DNA of 45,930 nucleotides from Acidobacteriota bacterium (GTDB lineage Bacteria > Acidobacteriota > Vicinamibacteria > Vicinamibacterales > 2-12-FULL-66-21), in NCBI GenBank assembly GCA_046735635.1, contig JBKPTT010000167.1, positions 1-45,930 of the forward strand, read 5' to 3'. The translations under genes and the position numbers were made by a program. Below the pieces are notes generated by a model, which was not told the origin of the DNA, ran no database searches, and saw nothing but the letters and a program-made list of their open reading frames with translations. Positions 16,440-30,202 of this stretch are shown piece by piece (positions within the stretch are counted from its first letter, which is position 1; every line of letters starts with the position of its first letter).

Positions 16440-17381
16440 GTGGCAGCCGCTCGGATAGTCATTCCGCCCTCGGGGGATGTCACGCTCAAGGTCGCCGGCA
16501 AGGAAATCCGGCTCACCAATCTCCACAAGCTGTTCTGGCGAGAAGAGAAGATCACCAAGGGCGACCTCGTCCAGTACTACGTCGACGTCGCGCCCGTCCT
16601 GCTGCCGCATATCCGCGACCGCGCGATGGTGATGAAGCGCTACCCGCACGGCGCCTCGGGCGAGTTCTTCTTCATGAAGCGCGCGCCGGTACCGCGCCCA
16701 GACTGGATTCGCACGTGCCGCATCGAGCACGAGTCCGGCAACATCATCGACTTTCCGGTCATCGACGACGTCGCAGCGCTGATGTGGGTGATCAATCTCG
16801 GCTGCATCGATTTGAACCAGTGGTACGCGACGTGCGACGACGTGGATCGGCCGGACTATGTGCACTTCGATCTCGATCCCGGGGAGGGCGCGACGTGGGA
16901 GAACGTCCTCGAGTCCGGACTGATCGTGCGCGGCGCCCTCGAGGCGCTGGACATGCCCGCGCTCGTGAAGACGACAGGATCGAAAGGCCTGCACGTGTAC
17001 GTCCCGATCGCGCGCGGTCCGCGTCAGAAAGACGTATGGACGTTTGCGAAAGCGCTTGCCGTGGAGCTCGCGTCGCGGCATCCGCAGCTCATGACGTCGG
17101 AATACCGCGTCGCCAAGCGCCCGCGCGGTCGCGTGCTCGTCGACTACAACCAGAACGCGTGGGGCCGCACGCTCGCGTCGATCTACTCGGTCCGACCGCG
17201 GCCGCGGGCGCCCGTCTCGACGCCGGTCACGTGGAAGGAAATCGAGAAGGGAGTTCGAATCGAGAATTTCCGGATCGACAACGTTCGCGCGCGGATTGCC
17301 AGGGTGGGCGATTTGTGGAAGCCGCTCGTGCGAAAGACTGGCCGAATCGACCTAGGAAAATTCTTCCATCGGCATTCGTAA
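16440..17381 (+). CDS. Stand-alone LigD primase-polymerase domain protein (NHEJ-type)
   Basis: LTNLHKLFW, TKGDLVQYY, KRYPHG, FDLDPG, KTTGSKGLHVYVP, VDYNQN, YSVRP, PVSTPVTW. Confidence 0.92.
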   Translation: MAAARIVIPPSGDVTLKVAGKEIRLTNLHKLFWREEKITKGDLVQYYVDVAPVLLPHIRDRAMVMKRYPHGASGEFFFMKRAPVPRPDWIRTCRIEHESGNIIDFPVIDDVAALMWVINLGCIDLNQWYATCDDVDRPDYVHFDLDPGEGATWENVLESGLIVRGALEALDMPALVKTTGSKGLHVYVPIARGPRQKDVWTFAKALAVELASRHPQLMTSEYRVAKRPRGRVLVDYNQNAWGRTLASIYSVRPRPRAPVSTPVTWKEIEKGVRIENFRIDNVRARIARVGDLWKPLVRKTGRIDLGKFFHRHS

Positions 17382-17415
17382 GGACTTCAGCAAGCAGCAG
17401 CCGTCAATCGGCATT

Positions 17416-20379
17416 TCACCTTGCCCTGAGGATGGCGACGGGCAAGGCGTCGAACGCCTCGCCAAGAAAGATGAACGCGTTGTCGCCCGCCCTTGTGGCG
17501 CGCAGCTCTGCGCCGGTGATCACGTTGGAGAAGGTGCGGTCGCGTAACGCCGGGGGCAACAGGAGCCGCGATGTCTTCCAGGCATCGCCTCCGAGCGGCA
17601 GCGGATGATCCGCGTCCACGATCCGGGCGCACAGCCGCGGCGCGACGAACAACACGGCGTCGTCGCCTGCGGTTCGCGCGAACCCGACCGCGCCGGCCGG
17701 CACGGACACCTCGATCGGTATCGGCACGTACCCGCCGCCGAGGAACACGTTGGGGAGGTCGCGCCGAAGTCGGAGGCCGGCGGCGGTGACGAGCAGCTTG
17801 ATTCGCCCGTCGGGCCAGTTCCGTGCCGCTTCGGCAATTGCGTTCCGCCGATCGCCGACAGGCTGCGCCAACAGCGCGTCGACTCCGTCGAGCAACCGTG
17901 CACGCACCGAAAAATCCACCGGACGACGGTTATCCGGATCGACGAGGCTGAGGTCCCAGAGATCGGTGCCCTGGTAGAAGTCCGGAACACCGGGCGCGCC
18001 AATTTTCAACGCGATCTGCGCGAGAGAGTTGATCATGCCGAGCCGCGCCATTCGCTGCTGAAGCGGCAGCATCGCCGCAAGGAAACGCGCGCCGGACGCG
18101 CCGGTCAGCGACCGCTGGACGAAATGCCGCAGGGCGGCCTCGTACGGTTCGTTCGAGGTCAGCCAACTCGTGTGGACCTTGGCCTCCTTCACGGCCTTCG
18201 TCATGTACTCGGTCAGCCGCTCGGCGAGTGCCGGTGGCGCTTGGGCCGTGTCCGGCGGAAGATCGGCCGGCCACATCCCCACGGCCGCCTGATAGAAGCG
18301 GTATTCGTCGACCCGATCGGGCGCCGGCTCTCCCTCGACGAGCGATCGATGCGGCCTGTTGATTCGCATCCACTTCGAGACCTCCCGTCCCCACTCGTCC
18401 GGCAGTTCCGAGAGCACGTTGATCCGGGCGCGCACGTCCTCGCCGAGCTTTGTGTCGTGGGTTGCGGTCGCGAGCATCTCGAAGGGCCAGTCGGCGGCGC
18501 GCGCTGCGTTCGCATCGTGGAACTCGTCAACCGATCGGCCGAACCGCGACGGGTCGCCGCCGACCTCGTTCAGCGACAGCAGCACGTTGTATCGGTAGAA
18601 CGCCGTATCCTCGAGGCCCTTTGCCTGTACCGGGCCGGTGTATTGCTGCAGCTTCATCGCGAACTGCAGGCGCGCCCGCGCCTCCTCGTCATCGGCGGGC
18701 GGATAGCCGCCACGGCGTTCCTGGCCTGCGGGCGGCTCCTTGTCTTCGTGGATGTCGCGCGGGAGCACGACTTCGCGAAAGAAGTCGAACAGCGTCGACT
18801 CCATGGCTGGATTGCGCCGCCGCGCACGAACGATTGCCCGGGACACGACCGCCCGATCCTCGGTCGTCCATCCGTTTTCATCGACGTACGTCCGGTAGAC
18901 CGGGAAGCAGGCGATCACTTCCGTGATGACGTCGCGGAGCGATTCCAGCGTGAAATCACGCGATTTCCGGTTGCTCTCGCCGATCCGATTGAGCATGTGC
19001 GCGAGCACGTTCAGCTCGCTGGCCATCGCCGTGTTCATGATGAGCCGCTTGCTGGCGTACAGCACGTCGTCGAACGGCTCGGTGTGTCCGGTGAGCTTCG
19101 CGTAGACCCGGCGCGTGCGCCGCGCCTGCCTCGTGTCGATGAAGATCCCGTTGAGATCGTTCAGGAAGTTGTAGCCGGTCGTGCCGTGCACCGCCCAGCG
19201 GCGCGGCAGTCGCTCGCCGCCCGACAGAATCTTTTCCGCGACGACGTAAAACGGTTTGTCCTCGGGGGTGGCTTCCACACCGGCCGAGCGGACCGCCAGC
19301 TGCTGAAGCATCACAAAGTACCGCGCCGGATCGAACAACCCGTCCGGGTGATCGACTCTGACGGCATTCACCTTGCCATCGTGAATGAGCTCGCCGAGCA
19401 GCCGATGGGTCGCCTCGAATACTTCCGGGTGCTCGACGCGGATGCCGGCCAGCGTGTTGACGTCGAAGAACCTCCGGTAATTTATCTCGTGGGAGGCGGT
19501 GCGCCAGTACGACAAACGGTACGCCTGTGCCTCGAGCAGATCGTGAAGCGCGTTGAAGCTTGCGCTGTTGCCGGCCGCGCCGTTGAATTTCTTCACGGCG
19601 CAGCCGATTGCGTCGGCGACGCGGGGCTCCTCGGCGACGAGCCGCTCGAGCCTCGCGCGCGCCACTTCCTTTTCGCGCTGGCGTTCCGTCCGCGGATCGG
19701 GATGGGTTTCGGTGTACGGTGGCAGCTTTTCGAGCGACGTGATGATGCTGAGGAACTCGTTGAGCTGCGGGTTGCCCTCCCCCAGAACGCCCCGAAGTGT
19801 TTCGGCCGCTGCCGCGTACACGCGTGCGGCCTGCCGCGGATCGACCGGCAGCTCGTTATCGAAATATCGCACCACGAGGGTGCTGCCGGTGAACGCGAGT
19901 TGAAGCTCGCCCCGTTCGAGCACCTGCCCGTACTGATCGCCCAGGATCGGCAGGAGCAGCTTCGCGTGCAGCTCCTCCTTGACGGGCCGCCAATCGATGT
20001 CGAAGAAGGCGGCGGCGGCTGCGCTCGGACCGTTCTCCAAAACATCGTTCCACCATGCGTTGGTTCCCGTTCCAATGCCCATGTGGTTGGGAACGAAGTC
20101 GACGACGTGTCCCATGCCGTGCTCCGAGAGCACCCGACTGAACTCGGCGTGCGCGCCAGGGCCACCCACTTCGGGATTGATCTCGTTGTGGTTGCAGACG
20201 TCGTAGCCGTGCGTGCTTCCCGGCGAAGCCGTGAAATAGGGCGACGTGTAGCACGCTGCCACGCCAAGCCGCGCGAGGTACGGAACGACGTCGCGGGCCT
20301 GAGTCAGCGGAAACGCATGATGTATCTGAAGGCGGTAAGTGCTCGCGGGCACGTAGAGCGGGCGGTTTGAATCAATCAC
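17416..20379 (-). CDS. treY: Malto-oligosyltrehalose synthase
   Basis: PASTYRLQ, GSTHGYDV, DFVPNHMG, INYRRFFDVN, RVDHPDGL, EKIL, ATHDTK, SLVDPDNRRPVD. Confidence 0.95.
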   Translation of the reverse strand: MIDSNRPLYVPASTYRLQIHHAFPLTQARDVVPYLARLGVAACYTSPYFTASPGSTHGYDVCNHNEINPEVGGPGAHAEFSRVLSEHGMGHVVDFVPNHMGIGTGTNAWWNDVLENGPSAAAAAFFDIDWRPVKEELHAKLLLPILGDQYGQVLERGELQLAFTGSTLVVRYFDNELPVDPRQAARVYAAAAETLRGVLGEGNPQLNEFLSIITSLEKLPPYTETHPDPRTERQREKEVARARLERLVAEEPRVADAIGCAVKKFNGAAGNSASFNALHDLLEAQAYRLSYWRTASHEINYRRFFDVNTLAGIRVEHPEVFEATHRLLGELIHDGKVNAVRVDHPDGLFDPARYFVMLQQLAVRSAGVEATPEDKPFYVVAEKILSGGERLPRRWAVHGTTGYNFLNDLNGIFIDTRQARRTRRVYAKLTGHTEPFDDVLYASKRLIMNTAMASELNVLAHMLNRIGESNRKSRDFTLESLRDVITEVIACFPVYRTYVDENGWTTEDRAVVSRAIVRARRRNPAMESTLFDFFREVVLPRDIHEDKEPPAGQERRGGYPPADDEEARARLQFAMKLQQYTGPVQAKGLEDTAFYRYNVLLSLNEVGGDPSRFGRSVDEFHDANAARAADWPFEMLATATHDTKLGEDVRARINVLSELPDEWGREVSKWMRINRPHRSLVEGEPAPDRVDEYRFYQAAVGMWPADLPPDTAQAPPALAERLTEYMTKAVKEAKVHTSWLTSNEPYEAALRHFVQRSLTGASGARFLAAMLPLQQRMARLGMINSLAQIALKIGAPGVPDFYQGTDLWDLSLVDPDNRRPVDFSVRARLLDGVDALLAQPVGDRRNAIAEAARNWPDGRIKLLVTAAGLRLRRDLPNVFLGGGYVPIPIEVSVPAGAVGFARTAGDDAVLFVAPRLCARIVDADHPLPLGGDAWKTSRLLLPPALRDRTFSNVITGAELRATRAGDNAFIFLGEAFDALPVAILRAR

Positions 20380-20553
20380 TAATTCTGAATCCCTAATCCC
20401 TAATCGCGAATCCCTGATCGTCCAATCAACCTATCCCTAATCGCGAATCCCTAATCGTCGAATCAATCTATCCCTAATCGCGAATCACAAATCCGCGGAT
20501 CCGTCCATCCGCTAATCGCTGGCGCTTTGAATCAACCACTATTCTGAATCCCT
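20361..20553. repeat. 37-nt tandem repeat (about 2.4 copies, 20397-20486) bracketed by a 33-34 nt direct repeat (20361-20394 and 20521-20553)
   Basis: TCCCTAATCGCGAATCCCT(G/A)ATCGTC.. units; GGCG(G/C)TTTGAATCAA(T/C)CACTA(A)TTCTGAATCCCT present twice. Confidence 0.75.
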
Positions 20554-20587
20554 CGCGAACTGCGACGCGCGAATCGCGAACCGCGAC

Positions 20588-22522
20588 TCACCTCTTCCTC
20601 AGTATGACTCCGCCGGGCCGCTTGAAGTGAACGATAGGAGGCCCGCTCGTGTCGATCTCCGGCGGCCGCGGGTCGAGTGCAAACAGCGGCTCTTCCGTAG
20701 TGAGCACGACCTCCCACTCGGAGCCGCTGTCCAGGCCGAATTCCCCAATTGAACCCAGCCCGACCTCCCCCGCGGACCGGAAACGCACGATTACGCAAAA
20801 CACGGCCGCACCGTCCGCGCGTCTCAGGGCAATCGTGTCCTCATCGACGGCGAAGGCACATCCTGAGAGATCGGCGGACGCGGAGAGCGCCGGGTTGTCC
20901 AACCGCAGCGCGATGAGCGCACGATACAGTTCCCGCACGGCTCTGTGCGCCGGTTGGTCGCGCTCCGTCCAATTCAACCGGCTCCGCTCGAACGTTTCGA
21001 CGGACTGCGGATCCGGAATGGCGCGCTGCGCCTGCGCGTCGGAGAATTCGGGGAATTCGGCGAATTCGCGACGCCGGCCTGCCGTGACACGTTCTCCGAG
21101 GCTCGGCTCGAGGTCGGTGAAATAGCAGAACGGCGTGCGTGCGCCCCATTCCTGACCCATGAACAACAGCGGGGTCATGGGCGCTGTCAGCAACAGCGTT
21201 GACGCGGCCCGCCACGATTCGATGGGAATCGCCGTGTTGAGGCGATCCCCCATCGCCCGATTGCCCACCTGATCGTGATTCTGCAGGCAGACGATGAAGC
21301 GGTACATGGGGACTCGTGACGGGTCGCTGCCGCGTCCGGCGGCGTGCCGGTCGGACTTCTGTCCTTCGAACAGCCATCCCCGACAGAGCGTCTTCGCAAG
21401 CTCCGCCGTCGTGCCCTGGAAATCGCCGTAGTAGCCGAAACTGTCACCCGCGAGGAGACGCCGCACGATGTGATGGAAATCGTCGGCCCACACTCCGTCG
21501 AGTCCCCAGCCGCCCTGCGCGGCGTCCTCGACAATCGAGGCGTAATTGCGATCGTCTTCCGCGTGAACGAATATCTGCCGGGCCGACCCGCTGCGGACGT
21601 CTTCTGCGATGGTCCGGACGATCGTGCCGCTCTCTTCCTCGAGCAGCGTTTGGACGGCATCGATTCGCAATCCGTCGAGGTGATACTCGCGGATCCAGTG
21701 CACGGCGTTGTCGAGGATGAACCGGCGGACCATCGCGGATCCTGGTCCATCGAGATTCACGGCGCTCCCCCACGGAGTCGACCGAGCGTCGGTGAAGTAG
21801 CGATCGTTGAACACGCTCATGTAGGCGCCTTCGGGGCCGAAGTGGTTGTAGACGACGTCGAGGATCACGGCGATTCCGAGATGGTGTGCGCGATCGACGA
21901 GGCGCCGCAGGTCGTCGGGCCCGCCGTACGCGCGCGACGGGGCGTACAGACAGACGCCGTCGTAGCCCCAGTTACGCGATCCCGGGAAATCCGCGAGCGG
22001 CATCAGTTCGACCACTGTCACACCGAGATCCCGCAGACTCTCCAATCGCGTCGTTGCGCCCGCAAACGTGCCCTCGGGAGAAAACGTGCCGACATGCAGC
22101 TCGTACACGATGCGATCCGCCGGAGGGCGCCCACCCCAGTGCGCGTCCGTCCAACGAAACGTGGACGGATCGATCACCTGCGAAGGGCCGTGGACGCCGT
22201 CTGGCTGGAAGCGCGACGCGGGATCGGGGCGCGGCGCGCCGCCGTCGACGCGATAGCTGTAACGGTCGCCGGGAGCGGCGCGATCGACGATCAAGTCGAA
22301 GACCGCGTCGGGATCGCGGGGCGCATGGTATTCGCCCGCGGCGCGGCCGTCGTGGATCACGACCGTGAGGTCGCGCGCGGCCGGAGCCCACACGCGGAAC
22401 CGTACGCCGTTCGAGAACGGCAGCGCACCAAAAAAGGGGGTGAGCCCCGGGTTCGACCACCTGCTTCGCGAATCGTCAGGGAGTCTGAACCCGGCCCGAC
22501 CCCAAGAGATCGACGATGCCAT
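20588..22522 (-). CDS. treZ: Malto-oligosyltrehalose trehalohydrolase
   Basis: [58 protein letters not shown]; exact start uncertain (47-nt overlap with treS end). Confidence 0.93.
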   Translation of the reverse strand: MASSISWGRAGFRLPDDSRSRWSNPGLTPFFGALPFSNGVRFRVWAPAARDLTVVIHDGRAAGEYHAPRDPDAVFDLIVDRAAPGDRYSYRVDGGAPRPDPASRFQPDGVHGPSQVIDPSTFRWTDAHWGGRPPADRIVYELHVGTFSPEGTFAGATTRLESLRDLGVTVVELMPLADFPGSRNWGYDGVCLYAPSRAYGGPDDLRRLVDRAHHLGIAVILDVVYNHFGPEGAYMSVFNDRYFTDARSTPWGSAVNLDGPGSAMVRRFILDNAVHWIREYHLDGLRIDAVQTLLEEESGTIVRTIAEDVRSGSARQIFVHAEDDRNYASIVEDAAQGGWGLDGVWADDFHHIVRRLLAGDSFGYYGDFQGTTAELAKTLCRGWLFEGQKSDRHAAGRGSDPSRVPMYRFIVCLQNHDQVGNRAMGDRLNTAIPIESWRAASTLLLTAPMTPLLFMGQEWGARTPFCYFTDLEPSLGERVTAGRRREFAEFPEFSDAQAQRAIPDPQSVETFERSRLNWTERDQPAHRAVRELYRALIALRLDNPALSASADLSGCAFAVDEDTIALRRADGAAVFCVIVRFRSAGEVGLGSIGEFGLDSGSEWEVVLTTEEPLFALDPRPPEIDTSGPPIVHFKRPGGVILRKR

Positions 22523-25500
22523 AAAGTGGGATGCGTACCCAGTCCGGACGGTTGTTCAGCTCGTAATTGAGCTCATACAGGGCCTTGTCGAGTACGAATA
22601 CCTCGAGCAGTGCATCGCGCTGCGACGCGACCGCGGGAACGAATAGAGCCCCGGCCGTTGCGGAGAAGTACTCACGGAGGAATGCACTCGTGGTCCATGT
22701 TTGCCAGATGCGTGCCCATGTCTCCATGCGATCCCAATCCGATCGACGCGACGCGGTGGCGGCGAACAACCCGGCGTAGGCGGCATAGCCGAACGAGCGC
22801 ACCATGCCCGCGACATCCTTCAACGGCGACTGTTTCATCCGACGCTCCTGGAGCGAGCGCGCCGGTTCTCCCTCGAAGTCGAGCAGGTAGAAATCCTGCT
22901 CGGACCAGAGCACCTGCCCGAGATGATAGTCGCCGTGAACGCGTATCTTCGACGCCGCGAATTGGAACGTCGGAGCTGCACGGACTCTGTCGAGAAGCGT
23001 ATTCCGCGCATTCAGCAGATGCTTTGCCGTGGACTGCAGATCGACCGACAAGCGCTCCACATTCTCCGCGAGCAGGCTCATCCCCCTGTGCGCCTGCCCC
23101 AGCGCGTCGGCCGTGATGAGCTCGAGGTCAGTCTTGGTAAATGGCTCCGGTGCGAACGCGGGATTGCCGCCATCCGACGCCAACGCGAGGTGCATCTCGG
23201 CGGTACGGCGGCCGAGCGTTGCCGCGCTTCCCAGGTAGCTCCCGATGGCATGCGCAATCGATTGCGGCGGGCGCGCCTCAATGAGCTCGGTGAAGCTGCG
23301 CGGCTCGCGGCCGGCTCTCACCGACGCGCCGCCGACGTCATGAAAGAACCTCGCGACTTCGTTGAGCGCGTGAGACCACCCGTCCCCCTGGCTCGGAACG
23401 AGCTGCTGCAGCATGCCGAGCGTCGTGGGCTCTTCACCGGGGCCCAGGTATTCGAATGCGCCGGCAGCCGCGGGCACGCGAGTGAAGCGCACGGTCTCGG
23501 TCAAGTGCCGCCCGATCTCGAAGTCGGGGTTGATGCCTTGTTCGAGGCGGCGAAACAGTTTGAGGATCGAACGATTACCGTAAACGATCGACGAGTTGCT
23601 CTGCTCGGACGACAATCGGCGGATCGGCGGATCGCTCGCGCCGCTCTGGATTCCCGCGAACGCCGCCGTTTTCGCCGCGCGTACGGTGCCGCGCTTGGTT
23701 GAGAGCTGTTCGTCCCGCTCCATCGCGTCGAGCATCGTCTGGGCGAACCGATCATCGAGCCATGCGTCGAATAGAAATCCCTTCTTCGCGCCGGTGATGT
23801 TGGCCAGGATCGCGTGCGGCGCCTCCAATTCGAGCGACTGCACGTCGTTGCGGGAGCGGACGGTGAGCGGCAGGAAATACCGTTCACGTCCGCCGTCGAC
23901 GAACTCGACGTCGACAATCGTGAGGAACAGCGGTTGGGGGGCCCGCCGCAGGACGCCCCAATCGCCGAACCGGGCCTGACGCATGGGACGCGCCTTGCTG
24001 CCGAACCATCGCTGCCGCTGCAGGAACGGCATCAACAGGTCGCGTTCGACGAGCGTGCGCACGTTGCCTTCGAGCAGCGTCTCCCACGCGGCGCCGACAA
24101 GCAGTGCCGGGCCCTCTGATATTTCCGCCGGCGCCTCGGGTGCCAAGCGCGCCGTGAGCGGTGACGGCGACTGCTGAAGGCGGAACCAGAAGAAGGCGTA
24201 CGGCGAGAGCGTCAGGAAGTATGGCAGCTCGCCGATTTTCGGGAACTCCGTGAAGCCCAGCATCTCGACCGGGGTCATGCCTTTGAACCGCGAGAGGTCG
24301 AGTTCCACGGGTTGCACCGAGCGCGACAGATTCGCCACGCACAGGATGACCTCGTCTTCGTACCGCCGCACGTAAATCAGGATCTTGCGGTTGCGCGCCG
24401 GGATGAAGTCGATCGTCCCGCGGCCGAACACACGCGACTGCTTGCGCAGGCCGATCATCCGCTTCATCCAGTTGAGCAGCGAGAACGGGGCGCGCTCCTG
24501 TGCCTCGACGTTGATCGCCTGATAGCCGTACACGGGATCCATGATCGGCTGCGCGTAGAGCCGTGCGGGGTCCGCACGCGAGAAGCCGGCATTGCGGTCT
24601 CCTGTCCACTGCATCGGCGTGCGGACGCCGTTCCGGTCGCCGAGGTAGACGTTGTCCCCCATTCCGATTTCGTCGCCGTAATACAGGACCGGCGTGCCCG
24701 GCATCGAAAACAGCAGCGCGTTCATCAGTTCGATTCGACGCCGGCTGTTCTCGAGCAGCGGCGCGAGGCGCCGCCGAATCCCGACGTTGATCCGCATCTG
24801 CGGATCGGCCGCGTAGGCCTGGTACATGTAGTCGCGCTCTTCGTCGGTGACCATCTCGAGCGTGAGCTCGTCATGGTTCCGCAGAAACATGGCCCACTGG
24901 CAGTTGTCCGGGATGTCCGGCGTCTGGCGCAGAATCTCGGTGACCGGATGCCGGTCTTCCTGCTGGATCGCCATGAACATCCTCGGCATCAGGGGGAAAT
25001 GGAACGCCATGTGGCATTCGTCCCCTTCGCCGAAGTACGGGCGGACATCGGCCGGCCACTGGTTCGCCTCCGCGAGCAGCATTCGGTCGCTGTATCGCGA
25101 GTCGAGCGCGGCGCGGATCCTCCGGAGGACGTCGTGCGTCTCGGGAAGGTTTTCGCAGATGGTGCCCTCACGCTCGATGAGGTATGGCACGGCGTCGAGG
25201 CGAAGGCCGTCCACGCCGCGATCGAGCCAGAAGTACATGACCCGAAGAACCGCGTCGAGCACTGCTGGGTTGTCGAAGTTCAGATCGGGCTGATGATGGA
25301 AGAACCGATGCCAGTAATACGCCTTCGCGACATCGTCCCAGCTCCAGTTGGAAGTTTCGGTGTCGGTGAAGATGATCCGGACGCCCTGGTATTTCTGATT
25401 CGTGTCGCTCCATACGTAGAAGTCGCGTTCCGGCGACCCTGCAGGGGCGCGGCGCGCCGCCTGGAACCAGGGGTGCTGATCGGACGTGTGATTGATCACG

Positions 25501-25802
25501 AGCTCGGTGATCACGCGAATGTCGCGTCGGTGCGCTTCGTCGATGAAGCGATCGAAATCGGCGAGCGTGCCGTAGCTCGGATGGATGTTCTCGTAATCGG
25601 CAATGTCGTACCCGTCGTCGCGCAGTGGCGACGGGTAGAAGGGCAGCAGCCACACGGTGTTGATGCCGAGCCTCTGGAGGTATTCGAGCTTTTGCGTCAG
25701 GCCGGCGAAGTCGCCGATGCCATCGTTGTTGCTGTCGAGAAACGCACGGACGTGCGCCTGATAGATGACCGCGTCTTTGTACCAGAGAGGATCAGTCGAC
25801 AT
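22476..25802 (-). CDS. treS: Trehalose synthase fused to maltokinase (TreS-Mak/Pep2)
   Basis: [50 protein letters not shown]; C-terminal [24 protein letters not shown]; start ATG 25802. Confidence 0.95.
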   Translation of the reverse strand: MSTDPLWYKDAVIYQAHVRAFLDSNNDGIGDFAGLTQKLEYLQRLGINTVWLLPFYPSPLRDDGYDIADYENIHPSYGTLADFDRFIDEAHRRDIRVITELVINHTSDQHPWFQAARRAPAGSPERDFYVWSDTNQKYQGVRIIFTDTETSNWSWDDVAKAYYWHRFFHHQPDLNFDNPAVLDAVLRVMYFWLDRGVDGLRLDAVPYLIEREGTICENLPETHDVLRRIRAALDSRYSDRMLLAEANQWPADVRPYFGEGDECHMAFHFPLMPRMFMAIQQEDRHPVTEILRQTPDIPDNCQWAMFLRNHDELTLEMVTDEERDYMYQAYAADPQMRINVGIRRRLAPLLENSRRRIELMNALLFSMPGTPVLYYGDEIGMGDNVYLGDRNGVRTPMQWTGDRNAGFSRADPARLYAQPIMDPVYGYQAINVEAQERAPFSLLNWMKRMIGLRKQSRVFGRGTIDFIPARNRKILIYVRRYEDEVILCVANLSRSVQPVELDLSRFKGMTPVEMLGFTEFPKIGELPYFLTLSPYAFFWFRLQQSPSPLTARLAPEAPAEISEGPALLVGAAWETLLEGNVRTLVERDLLMPFLQRQRWFGSKARPMRQARFGDWGVLRRAPQPLFLTIVDVEFVDGGRERYFLPLTVRSRNDVQSLELEAPHAILANITGAKKGFLFDAWLDDRFAQTMLDAMERDEQLSTKRGTVRAAKTAAFAGIQSGASDPPIRRLSSEQSNSSIVYGNRSILKLFRRLEQGINPDFEIGRHLTETVRFTRVPAAAGAFEYLGPGEEPTTLGMLQQLVPSQGDGWSHALNEVARFFHDVGGASVRAGREPRSFTELIEARPPQSIAHAIGSYLGSAATLGRRTAEMHLALASDGGNPAFAPEPFTKTDLELITADALGQAHRGMSLLAENVERLSVDLQSTAKHLLNARNTLLDRVRAAPTFQFAASKIRVHGDYHLGQVLWSEQDFYLLDFEGEPARSLQERRMKQSPLKDVAGMVRSFGYAAYAGLFAATASRRSDWDRMETWARIWQTWTTSAFLREYFSATAGALFVPAVASQRDALLEVFVLDKALYELNYELNNRPDWVRIPLYGIVDLLGSGRVQTP

Positions 25803-25818
25803 CAGCGCATCGCCGGAT

Positions 25819-25917
25819 TTGCCAAAACTGCCATGATTGCCACAATTGCCACAATTGCATTTCTTCCCTGTTGTCGAGTCCTCCGGCGATTCTGGCAATT
25901 GTGGCAATTATGGCAAT
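25819..25917. repeat. Inverted arrays of 9-mer repeats (TTGCCACAA / TTGTGGCAA)
   Basis: Four TGCCA-core 9-mer units facing three TGGCAA units across the glgE-treS gap. Confidence 0.7.
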
Positions 25918-27908
25918 GCTACGTTGAGGATGTGCGCCACGCGCGACTGCGGATCGAGGCGAACGTAGTTCCATTCGCCGCGCCAGAAATAGCGCTCGCC
26001 CGACAGCATGTCGTGGACCTCGACCGAGTCGAACGGCGAGAGGCCCCACGCGTCGAGCGGCAACTGGACGAAGCCGTGCTGCATGTTGAACGGATCCAGG
26101 TTGACGACCACCATCACGGTGTCGCGCCGATCCGCCGATCGCTTGGTGTAGGCGAGGAGCTCCGGGTTGTCGGTCTGCTGGAACGTCAGCCCCCAGTCGT
26201 GCTGCAACGCTGGATGATCGTGGCGGATGGCATTGATCTGACTGATCAGCTCCGCGAGACTGCCCGCCTGATGATAGTTGCGGTGCCGAATCTGGTACTT
26301 CTCGGAGTCGAGGTACTCCTCGCTGCCTTCGCGCACCGGTACGTTCTCGGCCAACTCGAAGCCGCTGTAGATCCCGTACGAGGCGCCGAGCGTCGCCGCA
26401 AGCACCAGTCGCACCTGGAACGCGGAACGCCCGCCCCGCTGAAGATAGCTGTGGAGGATATCGGGCGTGTTCGCGAACAGGTTCGGGCGCATGTACTCCC
26501 GCGCGTCGGTCTGGGTGAGCTCCGTGAAGTAATCGGTCAGCTCCGCTTTCGTATTGCGCCACGTGAAATAGGAGTACGATTGCGAGAAGCCGCACTTTGC
26601 CAGATAGCGCATGACCTTCGGACGCGTGAAGGCCTCGGAAAGAAAGATCGTCTCCGGGTGCTCGCGTTTCAACTCGCGGATGGTCCATTCCCAGAACCGG
26701 AACGGCTTGGTGTGCGGGTTGTCGACGCGGAAGATTTTCACGCCATGACCGATCCAGAACTGGAACACGGCCTTCAGCTCGTGCCAGAGGGCTTGCCAGT
26801 TCTCGGACTCGAAGTTGATGGGATAGATGTCCTGATACTTCTTGGGCGGATTCTCGGCGTACTTGATCGTGCCGTCTGGACGGTGTCGGAACCATTCGGG
26901 GTGCTCGCGAACGTACGGATGATCAGGGGATGCCTGGAACGCGATGTCGAGGGCGATCTCCAGGCCGTGCGCCGCGGCGGCCGCCACAAAGCGGTCGAAA
27001 TCCTCGATCGTACCGAGCGCGGGCTCGATCGCCATGTGCCCGCCTTCCTCGGATCCGATTGCCCACGGACTGCCGGGCTCACCGGGCTCGGGCGTCAGCG
27101 AGTTGTTGCGTCCTTTGCGGAAGCTCCGGCCGATGGGATGGATGGGGGCCAAATAGAGCACGTCGAATCCCATGGAGGCGACATAGGGAAGCATGCTCTG
27201 CGCCTCGTCGAACGTGGCGCTGCGAGTGGGATCGGGGCCCGCCGATCGAGGAAACATTTCGTACCACGCGCCGAAACGCGCACGTTCCCGCTCGACCGAC
27301 ACTTCCAGCACGCGCTCGAAGCGGGTCGTCGAATGGCCCGTTGGACGTCCGCCCGCGATCGTCCGCAAGTCTTCGCGCAACGCCTCAGCGACCCGTGCAT
27401 CGTTCGGTGTCGTCGTATCGGCGAGAACCCTGGCCCGCTCAGGCGACACTGATTCGACGATCGCGGCTCCTTCGAGCAGCTCCGACGACACGTCCTGTCC
27501 GGCGCCGACCTTGTTCGACAATTCGTGCCGCCAGCTCGCGAAGCGGTCTATCCAGCCTTCGATCGTGTATTCGTATCGACCGAGCGCCTCGACGACGAAT
27601 GCAGCGGCCCAGCTGTCATTCTCGACAAACTCCATCGCCACTTCGCGCCAGTCCGCATCACCCGCCCGGCGATACAGCACCGCAGCCGCAAGTACGTCAT
27701 GCCCATCGGCATGAATGTCCGCCGTGACACGAACCGTCTCGCCGACCGTCCGCTTGATTGGAAAGCGCCCGCAATCGACCTGCGGCCGAACGTTTTCCAC
27801 GACGACCCTCCGAGCGAGCGAGGGATCGAGGGAGGACGCACGGACGGACGCCGCGGTCTGACGCTTCAGCTTCGCGGAGTGTTTCGCCTTTGAATCTGCA
27901 ATCGCCAT
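25908..27908 (-). CDS. glgE: Alpha-1,4-glucan:maltose-1-phosphate maltosyltransferase
   Basis: WYEMFPRS, LAPIHPIG, RKGRNN, GSPWAIG, YAENPPKKYQDIYP, FRVDNPHTKP, LSEAFTRP, SEKY. Confidence 0.95.
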   Translation of the reverse strand: MAIADSKAKHSAKLKRQTAASVRASSLDPSLARRVVVENVRPQVDCGRFPIKRTVGETVRVTADIHADGHDVLAAAVLYRRAGDADWREVAMEFVENDSWAAAFVVEALGRYEYTIEGWIDRFASWRHELSNKVGAGQDVSSELLEGAAIVESVSPERARVLADTTTPNDARVAEALREDLRTIAGGRPTGHSTTRFERVLEVSVERERARFGAWYEMFPRSAGPDPTRSATFDEAQSMLPYVASMGFDVLYLAPIHPIGRSFRKGRNNSLTPEPGEPGSPWAIGSEEGGHMAIEPALGTIEDFDRFVAAAAAHGLEIALDIAFQASPDHPYVREHPEWFRHRPDGTIKYAENPPKKYQDIYPINFESENWQALWHELKAVFQFWIGHGVKIFRVDNPHTKPFRFWEWTIRELKREHPETIFLSEAFTRPKVMRYLAKCGFSQSYSYFTWRNTKAELTDYFTELTQTDAREYMRPNLFANTPDILHSYLQRGGRSAFQVRLVLAATLGASYGIYSGFELAENVPVREGSEEYLDSEKYQIRHRNYHQAGSLAELISQINAIRHDHPALQHDWGLTFQQTDNPELLAYTKRSADRRDTVMVVVNLDPFNMQHGFVQLPLDAWGLSPFDSVEVHDMLSGERYFWRGEWNYVRLDPQSRVAHILNVALP

Positions 27909-27950
27909 TCAGCAATCAGCAATCAGCAGTCAGCAGTCAGCAATCAGCAA

Positions 27951-27952
<2 letters not shown>
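27909..27952. repeat. Heptamer tandem array (TCAGCAA/TCAGCAG x6)
   Basis: Directly visible between glgX stop and glgE start. Confidence 0.85.
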
Positions 27953-30116
<2,164 letters not shown>

Positions 30117-30202
30117 ATTGGTCGTAGGCACAGAAGGATTTAGGTACCACGTTAAAGGCCGGGGTTGCAAGAAACTCGGCCGTGCGGTTGGCGCTTTTCT
30201 AA

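Noticed and set aside
17605-20370. 921-aa plus-strand ORF
   Set aside because: Antisense shadow of treY in high-GC DNA; no recognisable motifs
20397-20486. Possible CRISPR array (37-nt unit)
   Set aside because: Units are contiguous with no spacers
25803-25907. Cys-rich N-terminal extension of TreS (CNCGNCGN)
   Set aside because: Translation of the 9-mer repeat tract; TreS homology begins at ATG 25802
24312-27452. 1046-aa plus-strand ORF
   Set aside because: Antisense shadow of treS and glgE; it also reads through the 9-mer repeat tract
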